In this document: piece by piece, positions 49,231 through 59,824 of the stretch
Position numbering within the stretch: position 1 is the first letter of the stretch
How the letters are laid out: every line of letters starts with the position of its first letter
Virus record (IMG/VR): IMGVR_UViG_3300006153_000003
DNA length: 64,000 nucleotides
Source: a virus
Taxonomy: Duplodnaviria; Caudoviricetes
Reading direction: 5' to 3' (one strand)
Translations under genes and position numbers: made by a program
The notes under the pieces: generated by a model
Databases searched by the model: none
What the model saw: the letters and a program-made list of their open reading frames with translations, nothing else
Told to the model about the DNA's origin: nothing

Positions 49231-49620
49231 ATGAATGAAGTATTAAAAGGAATTGATTGGGCACAGGTAATTTCTACTCTTTGGACTGTTGTGCTATTAC
49301 CAATCATTACATATATCGGTACACAGGTCGCCAACTATGCAAAAGCAAAGAAAATTGATAAGTATACAAATATTCTTTATCAGAATGTTGTAGATGCTGT
49401 TAAAGATGTATACCAGGCATATGTTGAAAATCTCAAAGGAACCGCTGGCTGGGATGATGAAACCAAGGAAGGTATGAAGGAACTGGCAAAAACAAAGACC
49501 ATTCATGCTCTAACTACATCCATTTATCAGTCTCTTAAAGCCGCAAACAGTGATTTTGACGAATATCTTGATAGTCTAATTGAAACAGCAATTTATGATC
49601 TTAAGAGAGCTAACGTATAA
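49231..49620 (+). CDS. putative holin
   Basis: Single N-terminal TM, DAVKDVYQAYVENLK and IETAIYDLK as in Firmicutes phage holins. Confidence 0.65.
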   Translation: MNEVLKGIDWAQVISTLWTVVLLPIITYIGTQVANYAKAKKIDKYTNILYQNVVDAVKDVYQAYVENLKGTAGWDDETKEGMKELAKTKTIHALTTSIYQSLKAANSDFDEYLDSLIETAIYDLKRANV

Positions 49621-49638
49621 TGTAAAGTGAGGATTAAA

Positions 49639-50151
49639 ATGGAACCGATAGCAGAATTAACTACCATAGACTACTCTTCTCTTTTCATTGCTTCTTTTTC
49701 TGTCCTTATTGGTATAAAGGCTATCGTCTCTCTTTTCGAATGGATATTTGACAAGTTAGGACTTGAAACAAAATGGATGCGTAAAAAAAGAGAGGAACGT
49801 GAATTATTGATACAGACTTCCCAAGGACTTAATAAATTGCAAGAAAAGCATGAAGAAGATATAGAAAGATCTGATAGGCGAGACGAAAAGATTTCCAATG
49901 ATATTGAAAAACTCACTCAGATGTTCATTGATAAAGAAATTGATGATATGCGCTGGGAAATCAATAATTTTGCAATAAGAGTATCTGAAGGCAAACCTTG
50001 TAATAAGGATAGTTTTCAACATTGTATTCATATTTATGAAAAATATGAAAAAATACTGGAAGAAAATAGCCTCGAAAACGGTGAAGTTGAAATATCAATG
50101 GAATTAATCAATGAAGCATACAAACAAAAATTGAAAAACGGAGACTTTTAA
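49639..50151 (+). CDS. membrane protein with coiled coil (lysis-associated?)
   Basis: N-terminal TM, coiled coil. Confidence 0.6.
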   Translation: MEPIAELTTIDYSSLFIASFSVLIGIKAIVSLFEWIFDKLGLETKWMRKKREERELLIQTSQGLNKLQEKHEEDIERSDRRDEKISNDIEKLTQMFIDKEIDDMRWEINNFAIRVSEGKPCNKDSFQHCIHIYEKYEKILEENSLENGEVEISMELINEAYKQKLKNGDF

Positions 50152-50288
50152 ATGAGCGGTTTCCATGTGGAATCGCTCTTTCATATAAGCTTCTTTGTCT
50201 GAGTGTCAATGGATTCAGACAAGGGAGTTTATCGGGAGGGAAGAGGTCATTGAACTTCTCTCCCACTTCTTATAGAAAGGAAGCAAAA

Positions 50289-50717
50289 ATTATCAAACTC
50301 ATTATAGACAATACTGTTGTGGATAAATATAATAAATATTATTTTTCTCTTCATCCACGAGCAAAGAAGAAAGCTATTGAACATCCCTATCATCCATCCA
50401 TAAATACTTGGATGATTTTACCCAGAATTCAAATGAATGCATTAAAGCAAAAATGGAAAGAGTTTATAGTTTTCTGGATTCATGAAATTGGATTAGAAAA
50501 TAAAAGACTTGAAAGTTTTGAAATGATATTTACCACATATATGCCAACTAAGCGCAGAATCGACTGCGATAATACAGTTCCTAAGTTCATTTTAGATGGA
50601 TTTAGTGAAGCTGGATTTATTGTGGATGACGATGGGAAACATCTAAAGTCACTTACTTTAAGAACTGGATATGATAAATATAATCCAAGAACAGAAATAG
50701 AGGTTATTGAAATGTAA
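50289..50717 (+). CDS. RusA-like Holliday junction resolvase (probable ATT start)
   Basis: RRIDCDN..PKFILDG...GFIVDDD...PRTEIEV; AGAAAGG 8 nt before ATT. Confidence 0.8.
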   Translation: MIKLIIDNTVVDKYNKYYFSLHPRAKKKAIEHPYHPSINTWMILPRIQMNALKQKWKEFIVFWIHEIGLENKRLESFEMIFTTYMPTKRRIDCDNTVPKFILDGFSEAGFIVDDDGKHLKSLTLRTGYDKYNPRTEIEVIEM

Positions 50718-50902
50718 TGTACTCTTATGAAATATCAAAATTATTAGAAAAACATAATCGCTCTCTCCCAGCATCTTTATATATCAATATGATTCAATCT
50801 TCTCCTCAGATAAATCACACAAAATATAATCCATATGGAAATTATTACGAATCTTGGGATACTCAAGGTGCTTATTGGAAGTATTCTATATATAAAGAGT
50901 AA
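50717..50902 (+). CDS. hypothetical protein
   Basis: Coupled TAATG start. Confidence 0.6.
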   Translation: MYSYEISKLLEKHNRSLPASLYINMIQSSPQINHTKYNPYGNYYESWDTQGAYWKYSIYKE

Positions 50903-51016
50903 TTTGATTTAATAGTCATAAAAAATTTACATAATTTTGCAGAAAAACTCTTTACTCTTCTCTTAATGAATGGTATTCTTTATTATATCATTTCAAACTA
51001 TGAGGAGGTCATTGAG

Positions 51017-51268
51017 ATGGCAAGAAGAAAAGTTGAAGAGAAAAATTATGATGAATTAATTGAAATGTCAACTGAAAGAATTGAAGAATTGAAAGAAGAA
51101 TTGAAGCAGGAGAAAGCAAACCTGAAACAGTTGCAAAAGGACAAGATCAGGTACGAAGCTTTTGCTGAGAAACAGAAAAAGGAAGAAGAAATTAAGAAAG
51201 CTGCAGAATTGCTTGTATCATCCGGAAAGAGTCTGGAAGAAATCGAAGCCTTTTTGCAGGCAGAATAA
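51017..51268 (+). CDS. coiled-coil protein with own terminator (moron-like)
   Basis: GAGGAGG RBS; terminator 51290-51319. Confidence 0.75.
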   Translation: MARRKVEEKNYDELIEMSTERIEELKEELKQEKANLKQLQKDKIRYEAFAEKQKKEEEIKKAAELLVSSGKSLEEIEAFLQAE

Positions 51269-51289
51269 TTAAAAATGTCGATGATATAT

Positions 51290-51319
51290 AGGATCTGTCT
51301 TTATGGACAGGTCTTTTTT
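51290..51319 (+). terminator. intrinsic terminator
   Basis: AGGATCTGTC/GACAGGTCTT stem plus T run. Confidence 0.7.
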
Positions 51320-51351
51320 ATTGTAAATACTTGATTTGGAGGAATTTATAA

Positions 51352-52086
51352 ATGGTAAAAAAAGATGTAAAAATAAAAGAATATATAAATATAGAAGAAA
51401 AAGCAATCATCACAAATCATTTGGTTGATTCCTATTTTGTAGAAAGACTTGATGGAACTATCGGTTATACTCCATATATGGTTGACGTTGCATTAGTAAC
51501 TGCATTTTTCTTATACTGCGTTGAAGGTATTAAATTTGACGAAGAAGAAAATATTTATAATACCGTAGTTTCTGATAAAGAACTTATGGACCTGTATACT
51601 ACTACCCTATCAGTACAGCTTGATAATGATGAACACCCAAATATTAAGATAGTTAGAGAAATCAACTCCATTATGAGAGACGTTGCCGATATGGTTGAAT
51701 TCAGAAAACAGCAGATTGTACATAATAATTCTGTTCTGAATGATAAATTGCTTGAAATTCTGGATATGCAGAAGCAAGTAGAATCCTTAAGGTTGGAAAT
51801 TGCTGAGAACGAGAACAAATTGTTACAGCAGCAATATAAGCAAAACGTATACAATGAAAAAGTGATGAGTCATATGACCCCAGAAGAAACGGCTGAGTTG
51901 AATCGAAGAATGCTAGATGAGAATATGGATTTTGGTAAATTAGCTGAGTTAGTAACTGAGAAATTTATTCACAGCGATATTCACACTTCAAATGTTGTTG
52001 AGATGAAACCTGCTCAAAAAAGAAAACCTGGGAGACCTAAGAAGTCTACGAGTACCGGCGCTATAAAGGAAACAATTAAAAAATAA
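51352..52086 (+). CDS. putative tail assembly chaperone
   Basis: Synteny; helical, basic tail. Confidence 0.5.
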   Translation: MVKKDVKIKEYINIEEKAIITNHLVDSYFVERLDGTIGYTPYMVDVALVTAFFLYCVEGIKFDEEENIYNTVVSDKELMDLYTTTLSVQLDNDEHPNIKIVREINSIMRDVADMVEFRKQQIVHNNSVLNDKLLEILDMQKQVESLRLEIAENENKLLQQQYKQNVYNEKVMSHMTPEETAELNRRMLDENMDFGKLAELVTEKFIHSDIHTSNVVEMKPAQKRKPGRPKKSTSTGAIKETIKK

Positions 52087-52484
52087 TGGGTGGAGTATTC
52101 AAAAATATGGCCTCTTTGGTGAACGCATTGCAGGCCGAGATGAGAGAAGCTATGGAAGAGGTGACTGAAAAATCTCTTAAAGATGCAGATAATGAAATGC
52201 AGGTTTTTGATGATGGTGGAACTCCTGATCGTTACGATAGAGTTTATAATTATGAGAATTCTCCCGATACACATGGTGTTTCTGGATCCGGCAATGTTGT
52301 AGATTCTGATATTTATCTTAATGATGGTTACGATTATTATACAGGAACTTTTTCCACCCCAGAAGTATTCAAAGCTGCTGAATCTGGAAGTTATGGAATT
52401 GTGGGTACACCAGGAACATGGGCAAGAATAGAAGAAGATATTCAGCAGAATATAGATAACAGCTTCGGGAAGAGATTTAATTAA
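52086..52484 (+). CDS. HK97 gp10-like tail completion protein
   Basis: Size, P.RYDR pattern, synteny. Confidence 0.5.
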   Translation: MGGVFKNMASLVNALQAEMREAMEEVTEKSLKDADNEMQVFDDGGTPDRYDRVYNYENSPDTHGVSGSGNVVDSDIYLNDGYDYYTGTFSTPEVFKAAESGSYGIVGTPGTWARIEEDIQQNIDNSFGKRFN

Positions 52485-52732
52485 ATAAAAGACGAATTTC
52501 AACCGCATATGATTAGGAAGCGTTCCCCCAAGAATCTGACAGCGATTACGCTTCCTCATCCAAATTTACTGCCAGAGATTACATGGATATAACAATGAAC
52601 ACAAAGTCTAACATTCTTGACCGCATTTTAAATGTTATCCTCTGCATGTACTATTTTATCATAGGATAAATATGTATGCAATTATTATAGAACGACTTAT
52701 TTCGACATATAACCACTACTCTTTTATCTCAT

Positions 52733-53485
52733 CTAAATGGCAATATGGATACATTAAAATGTGTCACAGCAGGAGGAATGGCTGCTGAAGGATGGTATCG
52801 AGTATATGAAGCTACTGTAGCAGTTTCAAGCATTTCTGGTTTTGGGTCAGGTGGCGATAATGGGATAATTTTTATTTCTACGAATTACAACTATTCTTCT
52901 CCGATGTCTTGCATATTATTATATACAGTGGAATATGGCGGCATTATCCATTGGAACTGCATATCTTGTTCCTCAAATAATGATGTTAGAATTATTGACA
53001 AAATTCGCTTTAGTCTTATTCCTGGATCTAAAGTATCTATTGATATACACTATCGCACATCAAATAATAACAACTTTGAAATCAAACTCATCTCCAATAG
53101 ATTTGGGAAAAAATTCCATCGATTGGAAAATGCGCAGCCTATCACAGATAATCCGTTAACAATCTCTGAGTATGATATTCCAGTGACCTCTGATCTGGAT
53201 GTTGAAAGAACCGTGTTTATAGAAGGCGGGATCTGGTATAAAACAAATAAGTTTGTTTTGATTTCTTTGAATAAAACCATTACAAAGGATACCGGAGGAT
53301 GGAATACGTTATCTTCAGCTATACCAACCGCAAAAGAACAATGCTTTGCACCATACTTGTCTGCGGATTTAGGAGTACAAGGAAATTTAATGGTTATTAA
53401 TAACTCATTACAAATAGATATTCCAAGCGCTGCGATTGGTAAGACATTCACCGTTAGAGGGCAGATAATGTATAGGTTAGCATAG
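52733..53485 (+). other. silent tail-fibre C-terminal cassette 1
   Basis: Begins at in-frame TCTCAT-CTAAATGGCAA site; no RBS; internal CTCTGAT at 53188. Confidence 0.8.
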
Positions 53486-53489
53486 GGCT

Positions 53490-53981
53490 TTATACAGGAT
53501 ACTTAAAGAAACGAACTCTAACACGTTGCGAAACAGTAGAATATATGTACCATACTCCAACATCCCGAAATACGTGATCCATAACGGAATTGTCATCAAA
53601 ATGTGACATAACAACCGGAATATAATTATCACTATTCGGAGCGTCTGATATACGAACAAAAGAACCGCCTGTCGTAACCACAATACAGTCAACATAGCTA
53701 AAATCAGAGTTTGTGATATAGATTCTCCATCCTGCCCAGTCACTACCATTATAGAAATTAAACGCCAATGGGGCACTATCAATACCAAATAAAGCTACAA
53801 CTATAGAAGTGGGTGATCGTTTCAAAATAACCGCACTTCCATATTTATAACTATTATTTGGCAAATCGTCGCTTAAGTAGCTGGAACCGGATAAAGAATA
53901 TGCGAAAAAACCAATAGGTAGCTTAGTTGCCTTAAGTAAAACACTTTCACTTATCATAACATTTCCGATATTGCCATTTAG
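53490..53981 (-). other. silent tail-fibre C-terminal cassette 2
   Basis: Begins at CTAAATGGCAA (53981-53971), in frame; ends YIPVV...FFKYPV like the expressed fibre. Confidence 0.88.
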
Positions 53982-54045
53982 ATGAGAAGACAAACATTCT
54001 TTTTGCCATACTATAGCCTAAAAATTACGAAAGGAATTCAAACAA

Positions 54046-54222
54046 ATGAATACAACTAATGAAACTGTTACTATTTCGAATGAGCAGCAGTTAAATTCAA
54101 AAATAATTGATGTGATTATTGATATTTTAGCAAATAATAATTTATCTATTGCTGATGCAAAAAATATTCTATATGTAACATCAAAAAAATTATCTCAGCA
54201 AAAAGTTAAATCTTCTTTATAA
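54046..54222 (+). CDS. small hypothetical protein (58 aa)
   Basis: Read by hand: AAAGGA RBS, MNTTNETVTISNEQQLNSKIIDVIIDIL... Confidence 0.5.
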   Translation: MNTTNETVTISNEQQLNSKIIDVIIDILANNNLSIADAKNILYVTSKKLSQQKVKSSL

Positions 54223-54496
54223 TTTGACTTAACTTCTGTGATATATTTTCTAGTTCACTTCTAATCTCCCATGATTCGGTTTGGTCGCTCCCTGTATTAG
54301 AATTAATATTTTTGAGTTCCTTTTCAATATTCTCCAAATAATCTTTCGGAGAATGTTCATCAAAACCATCTGATTGAATATTTCTTATTGCGTCCATAAT
54401 ATTACAATTTTCCGGATCCCCATCATCAAAACAATTATTATTAAAAATGCATTCACTTACACATTTCCCGTTAACAAAAGGGCAGAATGATTCCAT
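54206..54496 (-). CDS. small Cys-rich moron protein
   Basis: CPF...C...C...C N-terminus, AGAGG RBS, antisense. Confidence 0.65.
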   Translation of the reverse strand: MESFCPFVNGKCVSECIFNNNCFDDGDPENCNIMDAIRNIQSDGFDEHSPKDYLENIEKELKNINSNTGSDQTESWEIRSELENISQKLSQIIKKI

Positions 54497-54677
54497 ATAA
54501 AAATACCTCTTTCAAAATTTTATAATATTATTATATAACAATACACCATATTTTCCATATAATTTTTATTTGCTAAGCGAATAAACAAGATTATTTCATG
54601 TGTAGGAGAAAAAGATTAACAATCACTCCTACTATTTTTATTATAAAATTCAAGAATAAAAGGAGTACATAAAATAT

Positions 54678-54935
54678 ATGAACAACACTAAAACAATTGA
54701 ATTGCTGCGAAAACGGAATACTCAACTACAAGAAGAACTTGACCGATTAAAGGAATTAAACACGAAACATTCCGACAAACCAGAAGATAAGAAAATTTCA
54801 GAATTAATCGCTGACCTAGAGAACATTCGCAAAGAATGGATGAATGTTTTGGAAGAATTAAATCATGATCGAGAAGAATACTGTAAATTATTAGAAGACT
54901 TACATACTATTCGAGAAACATTCAAAATGATATAA
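54678..54935 (+). CDS. coiled-coil hypothetical protein
   Basis: AAGGAG RBS. Confidence 0.75.
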   Translation: MNNTKTIELLRKRNTQLQEELDRLKELNTKHSDKPEDKKISELIADLENIRKEWMNVLEELNHDREEYCKLLEDLHTIRETFKMI

Positions 54936-54968
54936 GAATAAAATTTCACAGGAAAAGAGGTGATAAAT

Positions 54969-55766
54969 ATGATTGCAATGGATTTTGAATATGATGGTGA
55001 ATATTTAAAAAATTACGGATTTACAATCTGTAGTATAAATGAAAATGGTTTCAATACCATCACTACGGATTCACAGGCAACTTTTAATAATGTAAAATTA
55101 ATGAATGGTAAACTATTTGAAATTACTACTTCTCAGTATGAAGATCGTTTGGAAATCAATTTCCAAATATGCAAGTATACTTCCGGCCATAAATTACATC
55201 CTATTTCCCATTACGAGGCAAGAGAATTAAAACGTTGGTTAAATAGACCTACCTTTAAGAGATTTAAGTTTATACAGCCTTACTGGGCAGATATTTATAT
55301 GGAAGGAAGCTTTAATGTAAAGAATATAGTATGTGGTGGAGAAATCTTTTTACTAGAACTAACTTTCATTAGTAATCATCCCTTTGCACTACACGAACCT
55401 ATCACCCATAGGATATTCACCTCTGCTACTAACGAATCTTATACTTTTTTTGACACATCAGATGAGATCGGATATATATACCCAGACATAAAAATCACTT
55501 GTCTGCAAAACGGGAAATTAGAAATAACCAATTCTAACGAAAATAGGATTACCGAAATAAAGAACTGCTCATCTGGTGAAATTATACAATTCACTCCAAA
55601 ATTATTGATGTCTACTTCTCTCCCGTCCCATAAGATTCAAAACGATTTCAATTATAAGTTTTTCAGAATATCTAACTCCTATAACAATCGTAAGAATACT
55701 TTAACTTTCTCACTTCCTGTAGAAGTAGAAATAACATATTGTCCTTATGTGAAGGTGGTGATGTAA
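54969..55766 (+). CDS. distal tail protein (Dit)
   Basis: DFEYDGEYL..YG N-terminus, RWLNR, SDEIGYIYPDIKI; precedes Tal. Confidence 0.8.
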   Translation: MIAMDFEYDGEYLKNYGFTICSINENGFNTITTDSQATFNNVKLMNGKLFEITTSQYEDRLEINFQICKYTSGHKLHPISHYEARELKRWLNRPTFKRFKFIQPYWADIYMEGSFNVKNIVCGGEIFLLELTFISNHPFALHEPITHRIFTSATNESYTFFDTSDEIGYIYPDIKITCLQNGKLEITNSNENRITEIKNCSSGEIIQFTPKLLMSTSLPSHKIQNDFNYKFFRISNSYNNRKNTLTFSLPVEVEITYCPYVKVVM

Positions 55767-55767
55767 T

Positions 55768-58700
55768 ATGGCAATAAAGATAAATTTTGATAGTGCTGGC
55801 AGACCAGAAATCCCCACATTCATACTTTCTGAGAAAAATGGAGATCATGTAGGTGTATTAAGTACAGTATCTCAAATTCACACTATAGGTAATTTAAATT
55901 CTTTTTCTGAATTTTCCTTTTCTATATATAAAGTATTAAACGAAGAAAAATGTGAATTCTGGGATGATATAGATAATTTCCATATCATGTATATTCCAGA
56001 ATGGGATAAATGGTTTGAAATTTATGTAGAAATAGATGAAAAAGATAGTTGTGTAAAAAATGTAACAGCTAAAACTATCCAAGAAGCTGAATTATCTCAA
56101 ATTTTACTGTTTGATATAGAAATAAATACAGAAAAAGATATAGAGAAGGATGATTATGTTCCTACTGTTCTATTTGAGCACAATAATGCAAAAGCTTCCT
56201 TATTACATAGATTGCTGGCTGATAAGGCACAGCACTATAAGATAATTCATGTTGATAGCACTATAGCCAAGAAACAACGGAGTTTTAGCTTTAACAATAT
56301 CTCTATTCATGATGCATTCCGTGAAATCTCTGAAGAACTTCACTGTTTATTTGTTTATGGTGAAGATAGTGGTTCAGAAGGAATCCCAAGAACAATTTCT
56401 GTATATGACCTAGAATCGAATTGTAATAAATGTGGCTACCGTGGAGAATATATGGGTATATGTCCAGAATGTGGTAGTCTGGATATTGATGAAGGGTACG
56501 GCGAAGACACTACTATCTTTGTATCAAATGAAAATTTGGCAGAAGGTGTTACCTTTTCAACAGACACGGATTCTGTAAAAAATTGTTTCCGTCTTGAAGC
56601 TGGTGATGATGATATGACAGCAGCAATTGTAAATATAAATCCTTCTGGTACACGATATATCTGGTATTTCCCAGATTATATGAAAAAACGTATGTCAAAA
56701 GGGCTTGTAGAGAAAATAGATTCTTTCAATACTCAATTAATCTACTATGAAAAGTCTTATCAGGAAAACTTGAATGCAACGATATTAAGCAACTATAATC
56801 AACTTATTGATAAATACCGGACTTATAAAAACACTTTGGAGAATATATCAGTCCCGATTACAGGATATCATAATTTGATGAAGATCTATTATGATATCAT
56901 AGACTTTAAAGGATATCTGCAAAATTCCCTGATGCCTAATATAGAAATATCAGAAACGAGTGTCACACAGCAAGCAGGTTTATTGACGGCAGGCAATCTC
57001 TCTCCTGTTTCTGTTGAGAACACATCCTATATTTCCCTGGCAACCGCTAATAGCGTGATTTTGTCATATGCCAAGGTTTTTATAGACACAGCAAAATACA
57101 AGGTAAAAGTAAAATCATCTAGTTTGACAGGAACTACTTGGACAGGTAATTTTACAGTTGTTAGCTATACAGACGACGAAGATACTGCTGACAGTCGTAC
57201 TATCACCATACAGATCAATGATAATTATGAGAATTTTGTAAAGCAAAAAATAGATAAGATTCTTACGAAGGAAAATGAAGATATCAGTATTATCGGATTG
57301 TTCAAGAAAACTGATGTAAATTTCAAAAATGATTTGAAGAAGTATAGCTTATCTTGTCTTCAGGTCATACATGATGCTTGTCAGGCATGTTTAGACATAT
57401 TGATTGAGCAAGGTATCTCAAACATGAAATCTGATTTATATGAAAAAATATATAAACCGTACAGAGATAAGCTAACCTATATCGAACAGGAAATTAAAGT
57501 GCGTGAATCAGAGATTGCCATCGTTGACGCAATTTATGATAAAGATGGTGATGTCGTAGCAGATGGCATGAAATCACTTATACAGAAAAAACGCAGAGAA
57601 ATTTCTAAAATTCTTGATTTCAAAAAGTATCTTGGAGATTACTGGAATGAATTTTGTTCCTTTAGACGTGAGGATTTGTGGAAGAATACTAACTATATTT
57701 CAGAAGGTTTGGACAATGCACAGCTATTCAAACAGGCAAAAGAATTCCTGGAATCAGCAAAAAAGGATCTCATTAAATCAGCAACACAGCAGCACAGCAT
57801 CTCTACTACCCTTAAGAATCTTTTAGTAATGGAAGATTTCAAACCTCTTGTCGAACATTTTGCAGTAGGAAACTGGTTAAGAATCGGTGTTGATGATAAA
57901 GTTTACAAACTTCGCTTGATTTCTTATGAGATTGATTATGAAAATCTTGATACTATTACTGTTGAATTCTCTGATGTCGTAGACGCATTTGGATTAATGA
58001 AAGATATTGAAGATATACTGAATCAGAGCCAATCCATTTCCAACTCCTATGATTCTGTAAAACACCAGGCTGAAGAGGGAGACAAGGCAAATGGTAGGTT
58101 GAAAGGATGGGTTGGTAAAGGGCTTGAAGCCACTACTATCAAAATCATGAATAACGCCGATGACCAAGATTATGTTTTTGACCGTCATGGAATGGTTTTC
58201 AGAAAAAAGGATCCTGATACGGATACCTACTCTCCTGTCCAAGTGAAAATCATAAATTCCACTATTGCTATGACCACTGATAATTGGATGACTTCTAAGG
58301 TCGCTGTCGGAGAATATATTTACCTGGATCCACGAGACTGGAAATATAAAACCGGATATGGGGTAATTGCTGATACTTTGATTGGTAATCTCATTCTTGG
58401 TGAAGAGGTTGGTATTTATAATGATAAAGGAACCATGACCTTCAAAGAAGATGGTCTGACGGTCACGAATGGCATTAATACTTTCCAGGTAAATCCAAAT
58501 TCCAAGACACTTTTGACTCTCTCCCATAATGATAGGAGGATTCTATACGTGGATGAGACTGGCGAATTGCATATTGAAGGTGACGGTTCTGCTCTTGATA
58601 TCACAGCTAATGGTACAGTGGAAGGCATGAATACTAAGATAACTCAGAATGCAAAAGCTATTACATTAGAGGCCAATCGTGCATCAGAAGCAGAAGGAAA

Positions 58701-59286
58701 ATTGTCAGCTTCTATTGAAGTAAATGCAAACGCTATTACTCAAAGGGTACAAAAAGATGAATTTGGTTCATACATGGAGCAGAATTATGAGAGCTTTTTG
58801 ATTGGATTTAATAAAAGTAGCAAGGTAATTCAGATAACCGATGGAGAAATCGCTATCTATGATAATTCCAAAACCAATAGTAAAAAGCGTGCAAGTTTCG
58901 ATGAACGTGGCAATAGTTTTTGGCGAGATGGTTATCGTATTGGTACAATAGGTACGAATAAATTAAAAGACTATCCATCAAAAAAAGGACTAGATTTTGA
59001 CCTGGAAACAGATGGTGCTTATATGACGTGGGCCTATAGAAATAAAACCGATGATGATGTTTATACCATGAAATGGACATATGCTGCTGAAAACTATGGT
59101 GATTATGCTGCTGATATGTTACATGCGGGGTGTGATATAGATATGCATAATTTCAATATATATAACGCAAAAATCTCAGAAGGATCTGTTAAATTCAATC
59201 TTCCAGGTATTACAGATATATTTGAAGCTGGCGGTATACGATGGAATTTCCAGAAAGGAAGATTAGTTGATGCAGCAGTCGTATAG
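55768..59286 (+). CDS. baseplate hub/Tal-like minor structural protein
   Basis: 1172 aa after Dit; VGNWLRI..DDKVYKLRLISYEIDY..TVEFSD hub motif; coiled-coil extension. Confidence 0.8.
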   Translation: MAIKINFDSAGRPEIPTFILSEKNGDHVGVLSTVSQIHTIGNLNSFSEFSFSIYKVLNEEKCEFWDDIDNFHIMYIPEWDKWFEIYVEIDEKDSCVKNVTAKTIQEAELSQILLFDIEINTEKDIEKDDYVPTVLFEHNNAKASLLHRLLADKAQHYKIIHVDSTIAKKQRSFSFNNISIHDAFREISEELHCLFVYGEDSGSEGIPRTISVYDLESNCNKCGYRGEYMGICPECGSLDIDEGYGEDTTIFVSNENLAEGVTFSTDTDSVKNCFRLEAGDDDMTAAIVNINPSGTRYIWYFPDYMKKRMSKGLVEKIDSFNTQLIYYEKSYQENLNATILSNYNQLIDKYRTYKNTLENISVPITGYHNLMKIYYDIIDFKGYLQNSLMPNIEISETSVTQQAGLLTAGNLSPVSVENTSYISLATANSVILSYAKVFIDTAKYKVKVKSSSLTGTTWTGNFTVVSYTDDEDTADSRTITIQINDNYENFVKQKIDKILTKENEDISIIGLFKKTDVNFKNDLKKYSLSCLQVIHDACQACLDILIEQGISNMKSDLYEKIYKPYRDKLTYIEQEIKVRESEIAIVDAIYDKDGDVVADGMKSLIQKKRREISKILDFKKYLGDYWNEFCSFRREDLWKNTNYISEGLDNAQLFKQAKEFLESAKKDLIKSATQQHSISTTLKNLLVMEDFKPLVEHFAVGNWLRIGVDDKVYKLRLISYEIDYENLDTITVEFSDVVDAFGLMKDIEDILNQSQSISNSYDSVKHQAEEGDKANGRLKGWVGKGLEATTIKIMNNADDQDYVFDRHGMVFRKKDPDTDTYSPVQVKIINSTIAMTTDNWMTSKVAVGEYIYLDPRDWKYKTGYGVIADTLIGNLILGEEVGIYNDKGTMTFKEDGLTVTNGINTFQVNPNSKTLLTLSHNDRRILYVDETGELHIEGDGSALDITANGTVEGMNTKITQNAKAITLEANRASEAEGKLSASIEVNANAITQRVQKDEFGSYMEQNYESFLIGFNKSSKVIQITDGEIAIYDNSKTNSKKRASFDERGNSFWRDGYRIGTIGTNKLKDYPSKKGLDFDLETDGAYMTWAYRNKTDDDVYTMKWTYAAENYGDYAADMLHAGCDIDMHNFNIYNAKISEGSVKFNLPGITDIFEAGGIRWNFQKGRLVDAAVV

Positions 59287-59309
59287 ATAAACTGGAAAGG
59301 GGAAATATC

Positions 59310-59498
59310 ATGGCCAATATAAATAAAAACGAAGGCAGAGCTTATATTATGCCAAAAGGTACTCCTGTAAATATAGAAGAATCACCTTCTTTAAATGGAC
59401 AAGTACCCACCTATTCATTAGAGATGAATTTATTAAAAGAAGTCAATCAAAAATTAGATTTATTACTCACATCACTAAAAATATCAATAAAGGAGTAA
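59310..59498 (+). CDS. small hypothetical protein
   Basis: AAAGGGG RBS. Confidence 0.65.
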   Translation: MANINKNEGRAYIMPKGTPVNIEESPSLNGQVPTYSLEMNLLKEVNQKLDLLLTSLKISIKE

Positions 59499-59506
59499 TC
59501 TTTAAT

Positions 59507-59731
59507 ATGGAAAAACCATTACTTTTAGTACGCGAAGAGTTTATGAGCGATCTGGCAGATTTGATTAATCAATCACGTCTGCCTTTTGTTATTATAGAGC
59601 CTATATTAGAGAAATTTTTAGAAAATGCCAGAGGTGCTATCAAACAGCAATTATCGGATGAAAAATTTCGATACGAAAAATATTTAAAGGAAAAGGAAAA
59701 AGAAGAATCAGGAAAAAATTCTGATGAGTAA
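59507..59731 (+). CDS. small hypothetical protein
   Basis: AAGGAG RBS; terminator 59740-59771 follows. Confidence 0.7.
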   Translation: MEKPLLLVREEFMSDLADLINQSRLPFVIIEPILEKFLENARGAIKQQLSDEKFRYEKYLKEKEKEESGKNSDE

Positions 59732-59824
59732 AATATATAAAGCTCTTAGTTTCGTCTAAGGGCTTATTTTTATGGATTCTCAAGCAATTATGCATTTGCT
59801 TGTGTGTCCAGGAAAGGAGTCAGG

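Noticed and set aside
52745-53993. Cassettes 1 and 2 as independent genes, as called in the ORF track
   Set aside because: No RBS at the called starts, and the frames begin at the shared recombination site
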